A DNA stretch of 59,503 bases, the filler included, from Globobulimina sp. (taxonomy: Eukaryota), in NCBI GenBank assembly GCA_003354225.1. It is 12 parts of 12 records of this genome, joined end to end, with 100 filler letters (N's around TTAATTAATTAA, not from the genome) between each part and the next. Parts side by side here need not be neighbours in the genome. Positions count along the whole stretch, not along the records: positions 44,717 to 49,580 come from PIVH01000888.1; positions 49,681 to 54,542 come from PIVH01000889.1; positions 54,643 to 59,503 come from PIVH01000890.1; 9 more parts are not named here. One strand, given 5' to 3'. Position 1 is the first letter of the stretch. The number at the start of each line of letters is the position of its first letter. A program made the translations under genes and the position numbers. Shown here piece by piece: positions 46,494 to 58,519 of this stretch. The notes beneath the pieces were generated by a model. That model was not told where the DNA came from. It saw only the letters and a program-made list of their open reading frames with translations, and did no database searches.

Positions 46494-48968
46494 ATGGCAG
46501 ACGAAGATATGGTTGTTGACCTCGACTTCCCTCGACCGTTCCCTCTCGTCAGTTCAGTCCTTCCAGACAACTATCCCGACCCTTTCAACACAGAGTTAAG
46601 TGGTCTTGACGAAACGCCCACTCAGCCTTTCAGGGTTGTGCAGGGTACTCTCTTGAAAGCCGCCCTCGGTGAAGATGTAAACTTGGAAGCAGCTGCCGAA
46701 TTATTCACCTTTGACACAGCTCAAATCTCCAAAGAATCGGACCGAATCACACCAGTTAATGGTTCAGAAATCCCTCCCATCTTTCGCGACGAATTAAGCA
46801 AAGATGGCGGTTGGCTTTACCCCCCACAGTGGGAGTACTACAAAGAAAATCCCGATTTGCCCTTTCCACCAGCATTCTTAGTGCCCGATCAGATTACTGG
46901 CACACATGTACCCATTTTACGTGACATTCATTCAGTCCCCAGTGCTGTGGCTCTCCCCATGCAAAAGTATTTACGTGTGGGACTACCCGCTACTACCCCT
47001 GGCGCGCTACTGTCTGACCCTATCATCAGAGCTTTGTCACCCTACTGCAATTCCATCAATTTGGTCCATGAAATTGCCCCTCCCATTTCACGAACTGTCA
47101 GTCATGCTCTCGATCCAGAATCAACCCAAGAAGTACTGCAAAAGCGTGCTTGCTTTGCACAGAAATTAGCACACCGAAATCTACATGCTGAAAAGAATGG
47201 TTATAAGCAAATGAATTTCAGCAACTTCAGAAGAGCAATGTCAAACAGAGTACTGTTTCCCCCCGGCAACTATACTCACCATCAGACCTACGACCCATCT
47301 ACCCCTTCTGGCATTTTAGCATTACGTAGAATGATGAAAACAGCATTTCAAATTGGTGGAGGTGAACACGCTTTAGTTAGTGTGGACATGGTTACGGTAG
47401 CCCCTCGCTATAGAAAGTCGGTAGCGGAAGTAATGGCCCTCAAACCACTGTTAGATCTTTTGACCCCTATCCACGGTTCTATTTGGTCCGATGCCACCTA
47501 TTCCGAAGACGACCAACAATATTTTGCCGAGAATGTACTTGGCACCCCCACCCTTGACCGATGGTTTAAAGGTCAATACCCAGTGGACAAAGAACAACGT
47601 TTATGTATCGACAGCAAAGGACGAAAATCGCTCCATTTACAGATAAATAACTACAAATGCGAATTGGAACGATTCAAATGGCTTAAACAACGCCCCCTAT
47701 ACCCTGGGACGAATAAAACCTATGTCTCCTATTTGCAATTGGCTACTGTCGGTTCAGAGCCATTACTTCTACAAGTCAGTCATCTCCCATGGTATCAACT
47801 TCCGTTTGAACTAAAGTTTTTACTTCGAAACCCCTGCGTCAAGAAACTAGTAGTTGGACGTGAACGAATGGCCGAAGCTCTCTACAACTCTTATGGAGAA
47901 TTTTGGGACCACAGAGTCGGAGTGATCGATATCCAGACGATCGCTCATAATCCAGAATGGAAACCTGATGGCAAATTGGCAGTCCTGGATTTTGCCCGAA
48001 TTGCAGCATTTCAGTTTTGGGGAAGAGGAGGTGAAAAGGTTTCAGACCGCCAAAGGCGAGTACTTTTGGCTAACATCCTGGTCGACCCTGCTCGAGGCCT
48101 CGACTCCGAAACTAGAGCGCTTGTGGCATACTTTTCCTTAATTCCACTTTTGGGATGGATTTGGATTTGTCTCAACAACCCAGATGCTTTGCTTTATCGA
48201 CATGCTGGACGATTAGACCCAACCCAGAATTTAACCGAATTAAAAGTTGCCAATCAAACCCGAAAAATCATGTTTTTGTTAGAACAGGATTTTTGCAGCT
48301 TGTTTTGGCGACACAAAAGTCAAGACCCCGATCTCCCATTTGTCAGAAATTTGTCCAAAGAATATCAAACCATCTTAGCAGCGGCCCCTCCTATCAGCGC
48401 CAATGATTACCAATTATTGACAAGCAAATATCTTTTGTCAAACCACATCGGCTTACGTAAAGCTATCCATGATTTTCAAGCCGCTCTGACCAAACATGAA
48501 CGGAGCGTGTCCCCCCAGAACCCTGGTGGCGATTTCGGCGTGACAAACGTGTATTCGACAACCGAATATACTATCGGAGTACAAGATCGACCAATTTTAA
48601 TGTTCTCCGAATTTCTCAACAAAGATGGAAAGAAAGGGGCCGAACATTTGCTCCAATGTTGTCATCTCTTAGCTGTAGAGTTAACATCGATTCGACGCAT
48701 GACCCCTGTCCCCGAAATAAAGATTCAAGCCGCTAATGGACTCAACTTCCTTGATTCTATGATGATAAGCAACGTAACGGCTCAACTGATTATTCGTGGC
48801 TCAGCTCAACCAAAAAATGATGAAACTGAAGGGTATTTTGGTGACTCCAGCGCCGCTATGCGACGTTACAATCGATTATCTGATCCGCAATATGTAGCAG
48901 ATCAGCGCCAGAGAATCCGAAATAAAATGATCCATGCCCCTTGGTTTATTAGACCCACTCAAAAATGA
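46494..48968 (+). CDS. Intronless protein with degenerate DnaQ/EXD-type 3'-5' exonuclease domain
   Basis: LCIDSKG ... VSYLQLAT...LLLQV..LPFELKFLLRNPCVKKLVVG ... GVIDIQTIA ... RGLD..TRALVAYF. Confidence 0.55.
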   Translation: MADEDMVVDLDFPRPFPLVSSVLPDNYPDPFNTELSGLDETPTQPFRVVQGTLLKAALGEDVNLEAAAELFTFDTAQISKESDRITPVNGSEIPPIFRDELSKDGGWLYPPQWEYYKENPDLPFPPAFLVPDQITGTHVPILRDIHSVPSAVALPMQKYLRVGLPATTPGALLSDPIIRALSPYCNSINLVHEIAPPISRTVSHALDPESTQEVLQKRACFAQKLAHRNLHAEKNGYKQMNFSNFRRAMSNRVLFPPGNYTHHQTYDPSTPSGILALRRMMKTAFQIGGGEHALVSVDMVTVAPRYRKSVAEVMALKPLLDLLTPIHGSIWSDATYSEDDQQYFAENVLGTPTLDRWFKGQYPVDKEQRLCIDSKGRKSLHLQINNYKCELERFKWLKQRPLYPGTNKTYVSYLQLATVGSEPLLLQVSHLPWYQLPFELKFLLRNPCVKKLVVGRERMAEALYNSYGEFWDHRVGVIDIQTIAHNPEWKPDGKLAVLDFARIAAFQFWGRGGEKVSDRQRRVLLANILVDPARGLDSETRALVAYFSLIPLLGWIWICLNNPDALLYRHAGRLDPTQNLTELKVANQTRKIMFLLEQDFCSLFWRHKSQDPDLPFVRNLSKEYQTILAAAPPISANDYQLLTSKYLLSNHIGLRKAIHDFQAALTKHERSVSPQNPGGDFGVTNVYSTTEYTIGVQDRPILMFSEFLNKDGKKGAEHLLQCCHLLAVELTSIRRMTPVPEIKIQAANGLNFLDSMMISNVTAQLIIRGSAQPKNDETEGYFGDSSAAMRRYNRLSDPQYVADQRQRIRNKMIHAPWFIRPTQK

Positions 48969-48998
48969 CCCCATCAAGCCAAAATCGTCGGTACAACC

Positions 48999-49580
48999 AT
49001 GTGGTCTGAACCAGATCCCACCGTTTGGACTGATTTTGACAAATACCGTACCAACTTCTACAAACATTGCAGCGCAGATCCTCAATATCAAGCAGATCTT
49101 GACGCGATTGCTAGTGTCATACCTGAGCAAGGCGCCCCACCCATAGCTGATCTGTCACCAGTCAGTATTCCCAATTTGGCACAATCTAATTTAACACCTA
49201 TCAACAAATTGTTAGAAAATTTTATCAAAAGCAGAAAAACCGAATTTCGCGCTGATGCGATTTTACTTCCCCCCGAGGGTGCTAATTCTGAAAAGCAAAA
49301 AGTGCAAGATTACGCCCTTCAATTGGAAGGCTCAGCCCAAAATTTGGTTCAAGACCCAGATGAACATGTAATACTGTATCCAGCTCCTGACCCCTACAAG
49401 TCACATGAACATAGTGTTGCAAATGCTAGGAGAAATATCGCTACTTTGGATGATGTGTACACTTCTGCTGACTTACCCGATGACAACCAAATACCAAAAA
49501 CACCACCCCCTCCACCCCCAGCCCGACCACGTCATCATAGTCGGACCCCCCTTCCGACTAGTCAGGCACTAAATATTGAT
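48999..49580 (+). CDS. Hypothetical protein with Pro-rich tail (3' partial)
   Basis: ATG 30 bp after the previous stop; open to the contig end. Confidence 0.5.
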
Positions 49581-49680
49581 NNNNNNNNNNNNNNNNNNNN
49601 NNNNNNNNNNNNNNNNNNNNNNNNTTAATTAATTAANNNNNNNNNNNNNNNNNNNNNNNNNNNNNNNNNNNNNNNNNNNN

Positions 49681-50034
49681 GGCCATTGTTCGTATTTCCT
49701 TCTTTATGCCTTCGTCGTCTAAGTCTTCTGGCGGTACCCACAGAACTAACATTGCATCGCCAGCAAATTTAAAAACATCACCGCCTGCGCGTGCGATATG
49801 GCGTACTAATTGTTCCATATAACGATTTAAAAAAAAGGCCAACTCTTCTGCGCCTTGCGGGCCTTTAGACGCAAAGGCTTCTGATAATTTTGTGAATCCG
49901 CTCACATCCGCAAATAAGGCGACGGTTGTGAATGGCTGTTTGAGTGGCGGCTCGCAATCGAAATGTTCCAAAGCAAATTGAATGACTGCTTGCGGCAAAA
50001 GTGATTGCAATGCATTTATGTCAATGGAGCTCAT
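49681..50034 (-). CDS. Class III (soluble, ADCY10-like) adenylyl cyclase N-terminus (3' partial)
   Basis: ALFADVSGFTKLSE, GAEELAFFLNRYM, GGDVFKFAGDAMLVLW. Confidence 0.9.
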
Positions 50035-50106
50035 GGTTACTAGTAAGGTGGCAGTAAAGTTTTGAAGTGGGTTTTTATTTTGGAGCTTAAGCCAGTACGT
50101 GACTCA

Positions 50107-53100
50107 ATGCCCAGACATAATTGGAGTTTCCCATCGTTCAGCAAATTATCATTTATTAAATCTCCCTCTCCGCCAATACAAGAAAGTTACACATTAAATG
50201 CCTGGGACAGTTTGAATGATACGGACCGATTTGAAACGGATGCTTCATTATCAGCTATATCATCTATTACGGATAGAAATGATATTATTGATCTAAATTC
50301 ATTTTCGCAATGTGATGAAACTGAGAATGAAATTAATTATGAAATTAATAATCAAGTTAATAACCAGATCAATGATCAGGTTGATAATCAAATTAATTAT
50401 CAACAAATAGCAAATAATAATACACAAAGTGGATTGAGGGATCAGTTGCAATTAGAATGGACTCAACGAGACAGAAAATTCAATCAATGGTTAAAAGAAA
50501 AACCGACCATTCAACAAATCAGACAATTAAATGACAAATTGGATGGGAATAAAAAATACAATTATGATAATTTTCAATTTGTTTGGGTCAAATTATCAGT
50601 TCCAAACAATAATATTAGTATTCATACTGTTAATTGTTGCTGGTGGCCTGCACAAATAACATTGCCTAAAACTCAAGAAAATACTAAAAATGATAAATAT
50701 ATTCGTGTTGCATTATTTACTTCGGATTCATTGGATGATCAGCAAACAATTAAAATGAAAAGAAAACTTATTATCCCATTTAAGCATTTATGGACATTTG
50801 AACATTTGAAAATATTTAAGTATGTAATACAATGTCATGTCGATCCATTATTATTAACATATTATAATTTGCATTCGTTTACTTCCGAAATGTCGTTAAA
50901 AAAAAGACAAAAACGATTTTACACACAATTCAAACTTATAATACGTAAAATAAATAAATTATATCCGGATTTAAGAAAACACTCAAATAATTTCGATAAT
51001 TTATCTAATTTACGTCCATGTATTCATTGGATTGGTGATGAAACTGCCAATTACAATAAAAAACAGGTTGTGATTGTTCGAAACGATGCACTGCGTATTT
51101 TGGGTCAACCAATCAATCAAAAACAGACTGATAATTTACGAATCATTACAAAAGTGTGGTGGCCAGCCATTGTATTAAAAAAATCAGTAAAATCACCATC
51201 TGATACGGTTAGTGTTCATTTAATAAAACTTAATATCGAATGTGAGTATTTACGGTTTAATGTAATTCCAATAAATAAAGATTGGTTCGCTGCAAATTAT
51301 TATTCTCGCGTGACACAAATTGATTGTATTTGTAAATTGGCGACACAGATTTTTGTAAATTCGCATTGTAATTATGAACTATATGATAGTTTTAAAAAAG
51401 CTATGAAGCAAATCATTGGAAATTGTTCCTTTAAAAATAATAATTGTTATCATTTGAAGGAATGGAAACGAATTAAAAAAAAGAAATGCAAATCGGAAAA
51501 AAAAGAAATGATAAACGAATGCGAGAAAATAGAAACGAAAACACTGAAGAAACAAAAAAGGAAAAGGAAGGGGAAAAAACATAAAAAAAAGAAGAAAAAT
51601 ACAAAGAATGATGATTTGGAGCAAGATTTATCCAAAATGTATAATAAAGCATTGACGAGCATGGATATGAAAAACATAATAATTGACAGCAAAAATAATC
51701 GAAGCTTATGGAATTTTTGTATGAATCCTGCATCATTTAAGAGCTGTATACGTAATGAATTCGATCCAGTTCAACTCTCGTTTTGTTTGAAAGGAAAACC
51801 GGAGTGTTTGCAGGAGGAAAGAAAACAGGTTGAATTGTATCATAATGCGATGGATAATTTGTCAAAAACATATAAATTAAAGAAAAACAGAAGAACTTCA
51901 GCAAAATGTAAAGAAATATTTGCAAAGAATTTGCGACATCGACTGTATATTCGACAAAATACAGAAATATGTGATGACATTTTATATTTTCAAACTGCCA
52001 ATCCATTAATGATAATTTCAACCAATTATACACTGAATAATAAAATAGAAAGCAATGAATTATGTTCTTTTCATTATCCACGAATATTATCTCGATCGTC
52101 ATTGATTGGTACAAAATATAATAAAAATATCTGGCATCGAAAGGGTTGGTTTCTTATTTGGTATTTGCGATTTATTCGTTTATTGCAATATAATATGCAA
52201 TGTAAATGTTATGATTATTGTATACAAATAATATCGATATTATTACCAGTGGCTTTAAGGGAATTTAATTCATTTATTCATGAAACGGAATTTATAATAA
52301 AATGTCTATTATTTATATTAAAACAAGAAAATAAGAATAATACCAATCTAAATTTTCAAGCTGCAATTACAAATATATTCGATTGTTTCCATGAAAATAA
52401 ACATAAAGGCTGGCATTTGTCGTGTTTGATTGGTTCGGACAGATTTATTCGAATGAATGAAATATTGGATATGCACAAGATTGTGCACACAAAACAAATC
52501 TGTCACAAACAGAATAAAAATAATTGTGACATTCAATTATTAAATGTGATTATTCAATTATTAGAGCAGAAAACACCCAAAAAACAGACTGAAATCGGAG
52601 ATATCGATAAAGAAATAACTGGAAATAAGAAACACCGGCAACAACAATCATTTTTTAAAACAATAATAAGTACACGGAGCAGAAGAAGAGCTAACTCAGC
52701 AAAGAAAAGAAAACGTTCAGATATGGAATGGAATCATATCAATCCAAATAATAAAAAGAGGAAAACACTTCAAATAATCTCTCCGCTTTTAGATGATAAT
52801 TATGCTGCAGATACAGAAGATTTTTATGATGATAATGATAATGATGTTACGATGAAAGAAATCAAACCAAAACAAATATTAATTCCAAAAATAAATCATT
52901 TAAATATTGATAATATAAAATGGAAAGAAATTATGAATAATTTATCGCATTGTTTTGAGTTAAATCCATTAAATGATTGCTATTTATTTTTTATGTGTAA
53001 ATTATTGTCGATATCACATTGTAAAGACACTGCAATCATAAATAAAGTATATGAGCACATTAAAACTTTTATTAAATTACAATCGAATCATCCAAACGGT

Positions 53101-54198
53101 TATAGGTATTTAATAACATTTTTATTCCAATATTCTGAATGCGAGTCAATACAGCAAATATTTGACCATTTTATTCAAATTATACATATCGATCCTTTAT
53201 CCATTTGCATAAAAGCTGGACTCAAACAAATAGCAATGAATGATACATATATTTGTGATAAATTACAATTTATTTATATTAAGTTATTGAGCATTATGAA
53301 CATAATTGAGATTGGTAAGAATTGTTTACATGCATCGAAATGGAAAAAACTAAAGAATGCATGCAAGGAAATACAATCATTTACTCACAATAATAAAATA
53401 ATGGATGTATATGACAATATTTTATCTTTAATTTCTGAAAAAAATGAATATTGGAATTTCATATATTTTAACTCTAAAATATTTAACAACATCCATTCAA
53501 AACATGCAAACGTAAAGATATTATCATTAAAATTACAATGTTGTGTCATGTTATATGGCGACAATCATCCATTTATTCACAAATTCATCTTAAAATATGA
53601 GGCGATGCATATCAAACCAACACAATTTGAATCAACACTAAATGTTATAAAACAACAACAAAATATAAAATGCATTTTGGATATTTGCATTTCGAATTCA
53701 TTGAAATCCAAAAAGTGTTTAAATTTAAATAAGGAGAGTAATATTAAGTTATTGCATTATGGGAAGTTATGTGTATTTGAGCCAGTTATTTGTTGCACGC
53801 CTTATTATTTACGATATTCTGTGTATTGTACTAACTTTATGGAATGGTATAAATCAGGCAAAAATATGGCAGATGTGGATGTTGATGATAATAAAGGAAT
53901 GAATTGTGATTGTTGTACGCCATGGAATGATAAATATAAATATCAATTATCAAAATATAAAACAAGTGTGTTACAACAATTTCATTACGAATTGAGATCA
54001 TTATATTTGATGTTTTATAAACCTTTGAGAAATAATACTTATTCAAATCCAAAGAGTAAAAGAAAAATAATTGATTCCTGCTGGACTTTAATGAAGAAAT
54101 TGAAAAGAATGAACCACTTTGTATCTAGTATTAAACTGGTTGAAAATGAAGATTTTGTTAAATTTAACGAAAATGTGTGCACAGTATTTGAAATTTAA
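50107..54198 (+). CDS. Large intronless protein with two PWWP-like motifs and a TAF1A/Rrn11-like helical region
   Basis: FVWVKL...CWWPAQI and VWWPAIV, basic NLS-like tracts, HPNGYRYLITFL..DPLS..WKKL..KNEYW...F..MLYG. Confidence 0.55.
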   Translation: MPRHNWSFPSFSKLSFIKSPSPPIQESYTLNAWDSLNDTDRFETDASLSAISSITDRNDIIDLNSFSQCDETENEINYEINNQVNNQINDQVDNQINYQQIANNNTQSGLRDQLQLEWTQRDRKFNQWLKEKPTIQQIRQLNDKLDGNKKYNYDNFQFVWVKLSVPNNNISIHTVNCCWWPAQITLPKTQENTKNDKYIRVALFTSDSLDDQQTIKMKRKLIIPFKHLWTFEHLKIFKYVIQCHVDPLLLTYYNLHSFTSEMSLKKRQKRFYTQFKLIIRKINKLYPDLRKHSNNFDNLSNLRPCIHWIGDETANYNKKQVVIVRNDALRILGQPINQKQTDNLRIITKVWWPAIVLKKSVKSPSDTVSVHLIKLNIECEYLRFNVIPINKDWFAANYYSRVTQIDCICKLATQIFVNSHCNYELYDSFKKAMKQIIGNCSFKNNNCYHLKEWKRIKKKKCKSEKKEMINECEKIETKTLKKQKRKRKGKKHKKKKKNTKNDDLEQDLSKMYNKALTSMDMKNIIIDSKNNRSLWNFCMNPASFKSCIRNEFDPVQLSFCLKGKPECLQEERKQVELYHNAMDNLSKTYKLKKNRRTSAKCKEIFAKNLRHRLYIRQNTEICDDILYFQTANPLMIISTNYTLNNKIESNELCSFHYPRILSRSSLIGTKYNKNIWHRKGWFLIWYLRFIRLLQYNMQCKCYDYCIQIISILLPVALREFNSFIHETEFIIKCLLFILKQENKNNTNLNFQAAITNIFDCFHENKHKGWHLSCLIGSDRFIRMNEILDMHKIVHTKQICHKQNKNNCDIQLLNVIIQLLEQKTPKKQTEIGDIDKEITGNKKHRQQQSFFKTIISTRSRRRANSAKKRKRSDMEWNHINPNNKKRKTLQIISPLLDDNYAADTEDFYDDNDNDVTMKEIKPKQILIPKINHLNIDNIKWKEIMNNLSHCFELNPLNDCYLFFMCKLLSISHCKDTAIINKVYEHIKTFIKLQSNHPNGYRYLITFLFQYSECESIQQIFDHFIQIIHIDPLSICIKAGLKQIAMNDTYICDKLQFIYIKLLSIMNIIEIGKNCLHASKWKKLKNACKEIQSFTHNNKIMDVYDNILSLISEKNEYWNFIYFNSKIFNNIHSKHANVKILSLKLQCCVMLYGDNHPFIHKFILKYEAMHIKPTQFESTLNVIKQQQNIKCILDICISNSLKSKKCLNLNKESNIKLLHYGKLCVFEPVICCTPYYLRYSVYCTNFMEWYKSGKNMADVDVDDNKGMNCDCCTPWNDKYKYQLSKYKTSVLQQFHYELRSLYLMFYKPLRNNTYSNPKSKRKIIDSCWTLMKKLKRMNHFVSSIKLVENEDFVKFNENVCTVFEI

Positions 54199-54401
54199 AC
54201 AAAATGTTAATGTTGTTTTACTTATACAGTGGATATAATCACCGAATCGACTATGTACAGATTGGACTAATGTTTTTATTTGAAAACATGAAAAGAAAGT
54301 GTTGTACTTTAGAATATGACCTGTTTGAAACACCGCGTTTTAGAAAAATTTTAAAACCTGTTAGAAAAATCTGTCAGATTTATTTTCTGATCTAAAATTG
54401 T

Positions 54402-54467
54402 TCATATCTCGGATCTCATATCTCGGATCTCATAGCTCGGATCTCATAGCTCGGATCTCAGATCTCA
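54402..54467 (+). repeat. 14-bp tandem repeat, about 4 copies
   Basis: Unit ctcggatctcata(t/g). Confidence 0.9.
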
Positions 54468-54642
54468 TTCCTTAAGTAACTCTCTTTAGGAATTTTTTCA
54501 CCAAAAAATTTTAAATTTGGACAGTATGTACAAAAAATGGTTNNNNNNNNNNNNNNNNNNNNNNNNNNNNNNNNNNNNNNNNNNNNTTAATTAATTAANN
54601 NNNNNNNNNNNNNNNNNNNNNNNNNNNNNNNNNNNNNNNNNN

Positions 54643-54928
54643 CATTTGTTGGTTCTGTGGTTGGATTCGTTGGGTTAACAGTTGGAAATGCTGTCGGCGC
54701 ACAGTAATCCCATCCCTGATTTGTAATAAATCGTGTGAATCCCCTGAATGGATAATTTTGATTGCATGGTGCATCACAAATACAATTTCTGCATTGATCA
54801 CTAGGTATGACTGGGACCATTGATCCACAGCTAAAGGTTACATTTTCCATACAATTGAGTGTGTTCATAAACCTGAACTGCAGGATACAGAGAGAGAGCA
54901 ACAGTTCAGTGTCTTGCGGCAATTTCAC
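54643..54928 (-). CDS. Fragment of Cys-rich extracellular protein with PT-repeat stalk
   Basis: CRNCICDAPC..WDYCAPTAFPTVNPTNPTTEPTN at the contig edge. Confidence 0.4.
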
Positions 54929-54946
54929 ACCATTCTCTCCTCCAAT

Positions 54947-55798
54947 TTAATTCACATACACTTTCATTAAAATTAAGCAATATACTTTGGATATATTCAT
55001 TACAATTAAATCCATAAAATACTGTATCTTAATTCTGCCACTTCCATATTTTGGTGTTTTTACTACAAACTGCAAATAAATCCTATTCGGAATCAAATAT
55101 TTATGAAAGCCATCAAAGCGCTGTAACACTGTCAATTTATTATTATCATCCTCATTTTTATACATTTCACCAAATTGATGCACAAAAAAATTTGCATCAG
55201 GTTTCAACATCCATAATGTCCATATTTCCTTCGGCACCTTCTTTCTCACAATGCTTACAATCGAACTGCTTGTTTGCCACATCCATCCCGCATGTTTTAT
55301 ATACTCTGTCCAAACAGTACCAGTCCCCTCCGCATCATACACATATTCATAATGCGAATGGTACCGGTACCGACGCACAATGCTCAGTATACTGTTTTGC
55401 ATCAGTTTGGTCCTTAAATCATACAAAAACAAAACTATGTTCACAATTATATATATTATTTTGCTCAAACTCCGTTATAATTCGTCATCATCAATCTCAT
55501 GATTTCGGTCATTTTGTGTAATGAATTTCTCTCAATGTACAATTTGATTTTGTTTTCATTCCACATTCATTGTGCAACATTTCCTCTTAATTCCTGCCAA
55601 TCATACACAAATATATAATATTATTCCAATAAATTGCATCTCCCCATAACGACAATGTTGATCCAGTGATTCCAGTCTATCCTGGATATCCAACCATATA
55701 TTTGTTAAATACGAATAGATAAAAATATGACAAACCTCAGATTTAAATATCTCATTACATTTAAATAACAATAACTGCGCCAATTTATAATCGGACAT
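54947..55798 (-). pseudogene. Reading frame interrupted by four in-frame stops
   Basis: ORFs 55601-55843 and 54947-55468 share a frame. Stops are TGA 55601, TGA 55556, TGA 55532 and TAA 55475. Confidence 0.5.
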
Positions 55799-56472
55799 TT
55801 TATATCTTTTGTTTTTGTTCGTCGTTATGTGTACAGTGTACACCGGATTTTATCATCCATTCAATATATTTGTTGTCGGCATTGTTTCTCGAGAAGTATT
55901 GCATGGATCGTATAATTGTGATGGAGCAATTAAAAACTTAATGGAGTATCGCTGCATAATTTAGTTAAATTGATGTTGCGTAGACTTAATTGATCCCAAT
56001 TGCTGGATAAATAATTTATCATTTCATATTGGTATGTAATGCACCGAATTATTCATTCTTTCATCCAATGGCTAGTACATTTACATCCTTTCCGCAACGC
56101 TTCGGCACAAATTTCAATTTAATATAATTAGATTTCGTTTGTTATCGTCACATAAATGAATCTCATTATTTGTATTCATATAAACGGTGCCAAATTACTC
56201 AACACTGTTTACAATCTTTGCGTGGGGAAAATCTCCAATAAGTAATGGATGATTCTTGCAATCAATACTATATATCTTGATGTCTATAATTAAATTTCAG
56301 TTTCAACAGTCAATTTGGTGGTATATTTACAGATTGTGGTGCGATAAAATTATTCTTCCATAAAAATTAATTTGCCAAAAATCTTTACTAAAAATTCTTT
56401 TTACAATATATATATTAGTTTAACCATTTACCATTGTTTATTTTTTAGATCTTATTTAATATAACAATAAGA

Positions 56473-58519
56473 ATGCAAGGAAGAACTGTTAAAGAATTAG
56501 CATCCATTTTTGGCGGTGTATATGATGGAAAGAAATTTAATAATCAAAGAAAACAAACAAATGAAGAAACAAACAAATTTATACTACCAACACTAAGACA
56601 AATCAAAAAAACACCCGAACCCGAAAAACACCCGAATGAATTTGAAAAAGAAGAAAATGTTTATAAAAATTATAATCCCGTATGTTAATGTAATATCTAA
56701 ACGTATTATTTTGTTTCACTGTACGTATTTTTGCGTTGTTATGTGCAGTTCGGTGCCCCTGTCGATTCAGAGGACGATTCCGGTGAAGAAAGTGGTAATG
56801 AAGCAGTGATTGAGTATACCGCCGATGACTTATTGCCTCAATACATTGGGAAACTACCAAATATTACATTTAATGGCACAAATCGCGTAATTATAACTTT
56901 GAATGATTTACAAAAATTAAATCAACAATTAAGAGGTCCTAACTTTGCGTACAATTATATTAAACAAGGCAAACTCCAAAATATTTTGGAAAGCATCCAG
57001 ACATATTGCGATGACGTAAAATTTGTGTGCCAAGCATTGGATGCAATGATTAATTGTAGCAAAATAGGGAGAGATGATATATTTGCCGTGTTTGAAGAAG
57101 TTGGTGGCTGTGAATGCACCGTACAATGTATGCAGCAACACCCAACAAATATGGATGTGCAGCATAAAGGTTTATTGATATTATTGACATTGTCGCAGCA
57201 TAATGATCCACAAATAGCTGCATGTTTAGCTCAAGAATTTATATTAAAAGCTGCAGTGACTGCGTTGAAAAAAGCAGCAAATGATCCAACCTGCACTCGT
57301 AGCACCGCAATGATAGACACATTTTGTAATTTTGTGTTTTGTTTATTAGATGAAACTGTGAATGAAAATGTGGCCGAAAAAGCAAGACAAGAATTGGTAG
57401 CCGGTGGCGTGGAAAGGGTATTGAGTGAGATATTATTTGTTTGCCCCGGACACCGGGAAGTGGCCTCTACATTGCAGGCAATAAATGTATATAAAAAAGT
57501 ATATGATTTTTTGATTGTTTTTATCCTTGCACTGCAATGAAAACGTTTTTGTGTGTTTTTGTGTTTAGTTTGGTGAACCCGCAGATTGTGAGGAGGATGC
57601 CTTGGCGGATGAGTACAGTGCGGATGACGTATTGCCTGAGCATATGGGCAAAATGTCAATGTCTGAAGAGTCATTTTCGAGTTTCGATGACATTGCTTTT
57701 ATTGAAGAAATGAATCAAATGATATCCCATCAACATTTAGCATCATTTGGGCAGGTATTAAATGAGCACAATGTTTGTGAAGAAGCGAGGGAGTATTTTC
57801 ATGACAAAGTTGGCATTGCTGATGATGAGCCGGCACAAAAAATGACGGAATACCCTCCACAAACATTTATAAATGCGATATTTATGCAAGAACTAACTGC
57901 AAAACAAGGAATTTGTATATATTCCATGATACAATTTATCTCGCAACAAATAGTGAGTGAGAATTATAAATATGATGGTGCTCAGCGGGAGAAATGGCTG
58001 AATTTGAATAAGACTGAAATTGTGCATAAAATATCGCCGTCTCCTCCATTGTCGTGGTCACAAATTGCAAACCAACAAAGAAAAGGAAATGGGATTAATA
58101 TTGTCGGTCATAACGCATATATTGCGAATAAAACAAAACTAAAAAGAAAAAAACCAAAAACAATCGAAATTGGTGTTGCGGTGTTGGGCGATGCCATGTG
58201 TTTGGAAATTAAATTGAAACAACAAAAAGAGCGAAAATGCATTACATTGAGTGATTTAGGCGTTATTTCGTTGGATGGTGAATATATTCAATCATTGTCA
58301 CATAATCATAATTATATCGACCGGGGAACAACGATTGCAATAAATTTGTGCAAAACAAATAGAAAATCGGCAAATGTAAGTTTTGTTCATTGCAAAAACG
58401 GACAAATTGTGAGCAAATCAACCGTCATCGCACTCAAATTTAAAAAATCTGCGAAAAGCATGAAAAGTGTGATCAGTATAAACCAAATGGATGGAAATGG
58501 TGAATATTATATCAAATAA
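56473..58519 (+). CDS. Three-exon protein with armadillo-like helical region
   Basis: Phase-0 GT-AG introns 56680-56748 and 57499-57568 join three ORFs. ARM-like segments: VGGCECTVQCMQQHPTNMDVQHKGL and ELVAGGVERVL. Confidence 0.7.
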
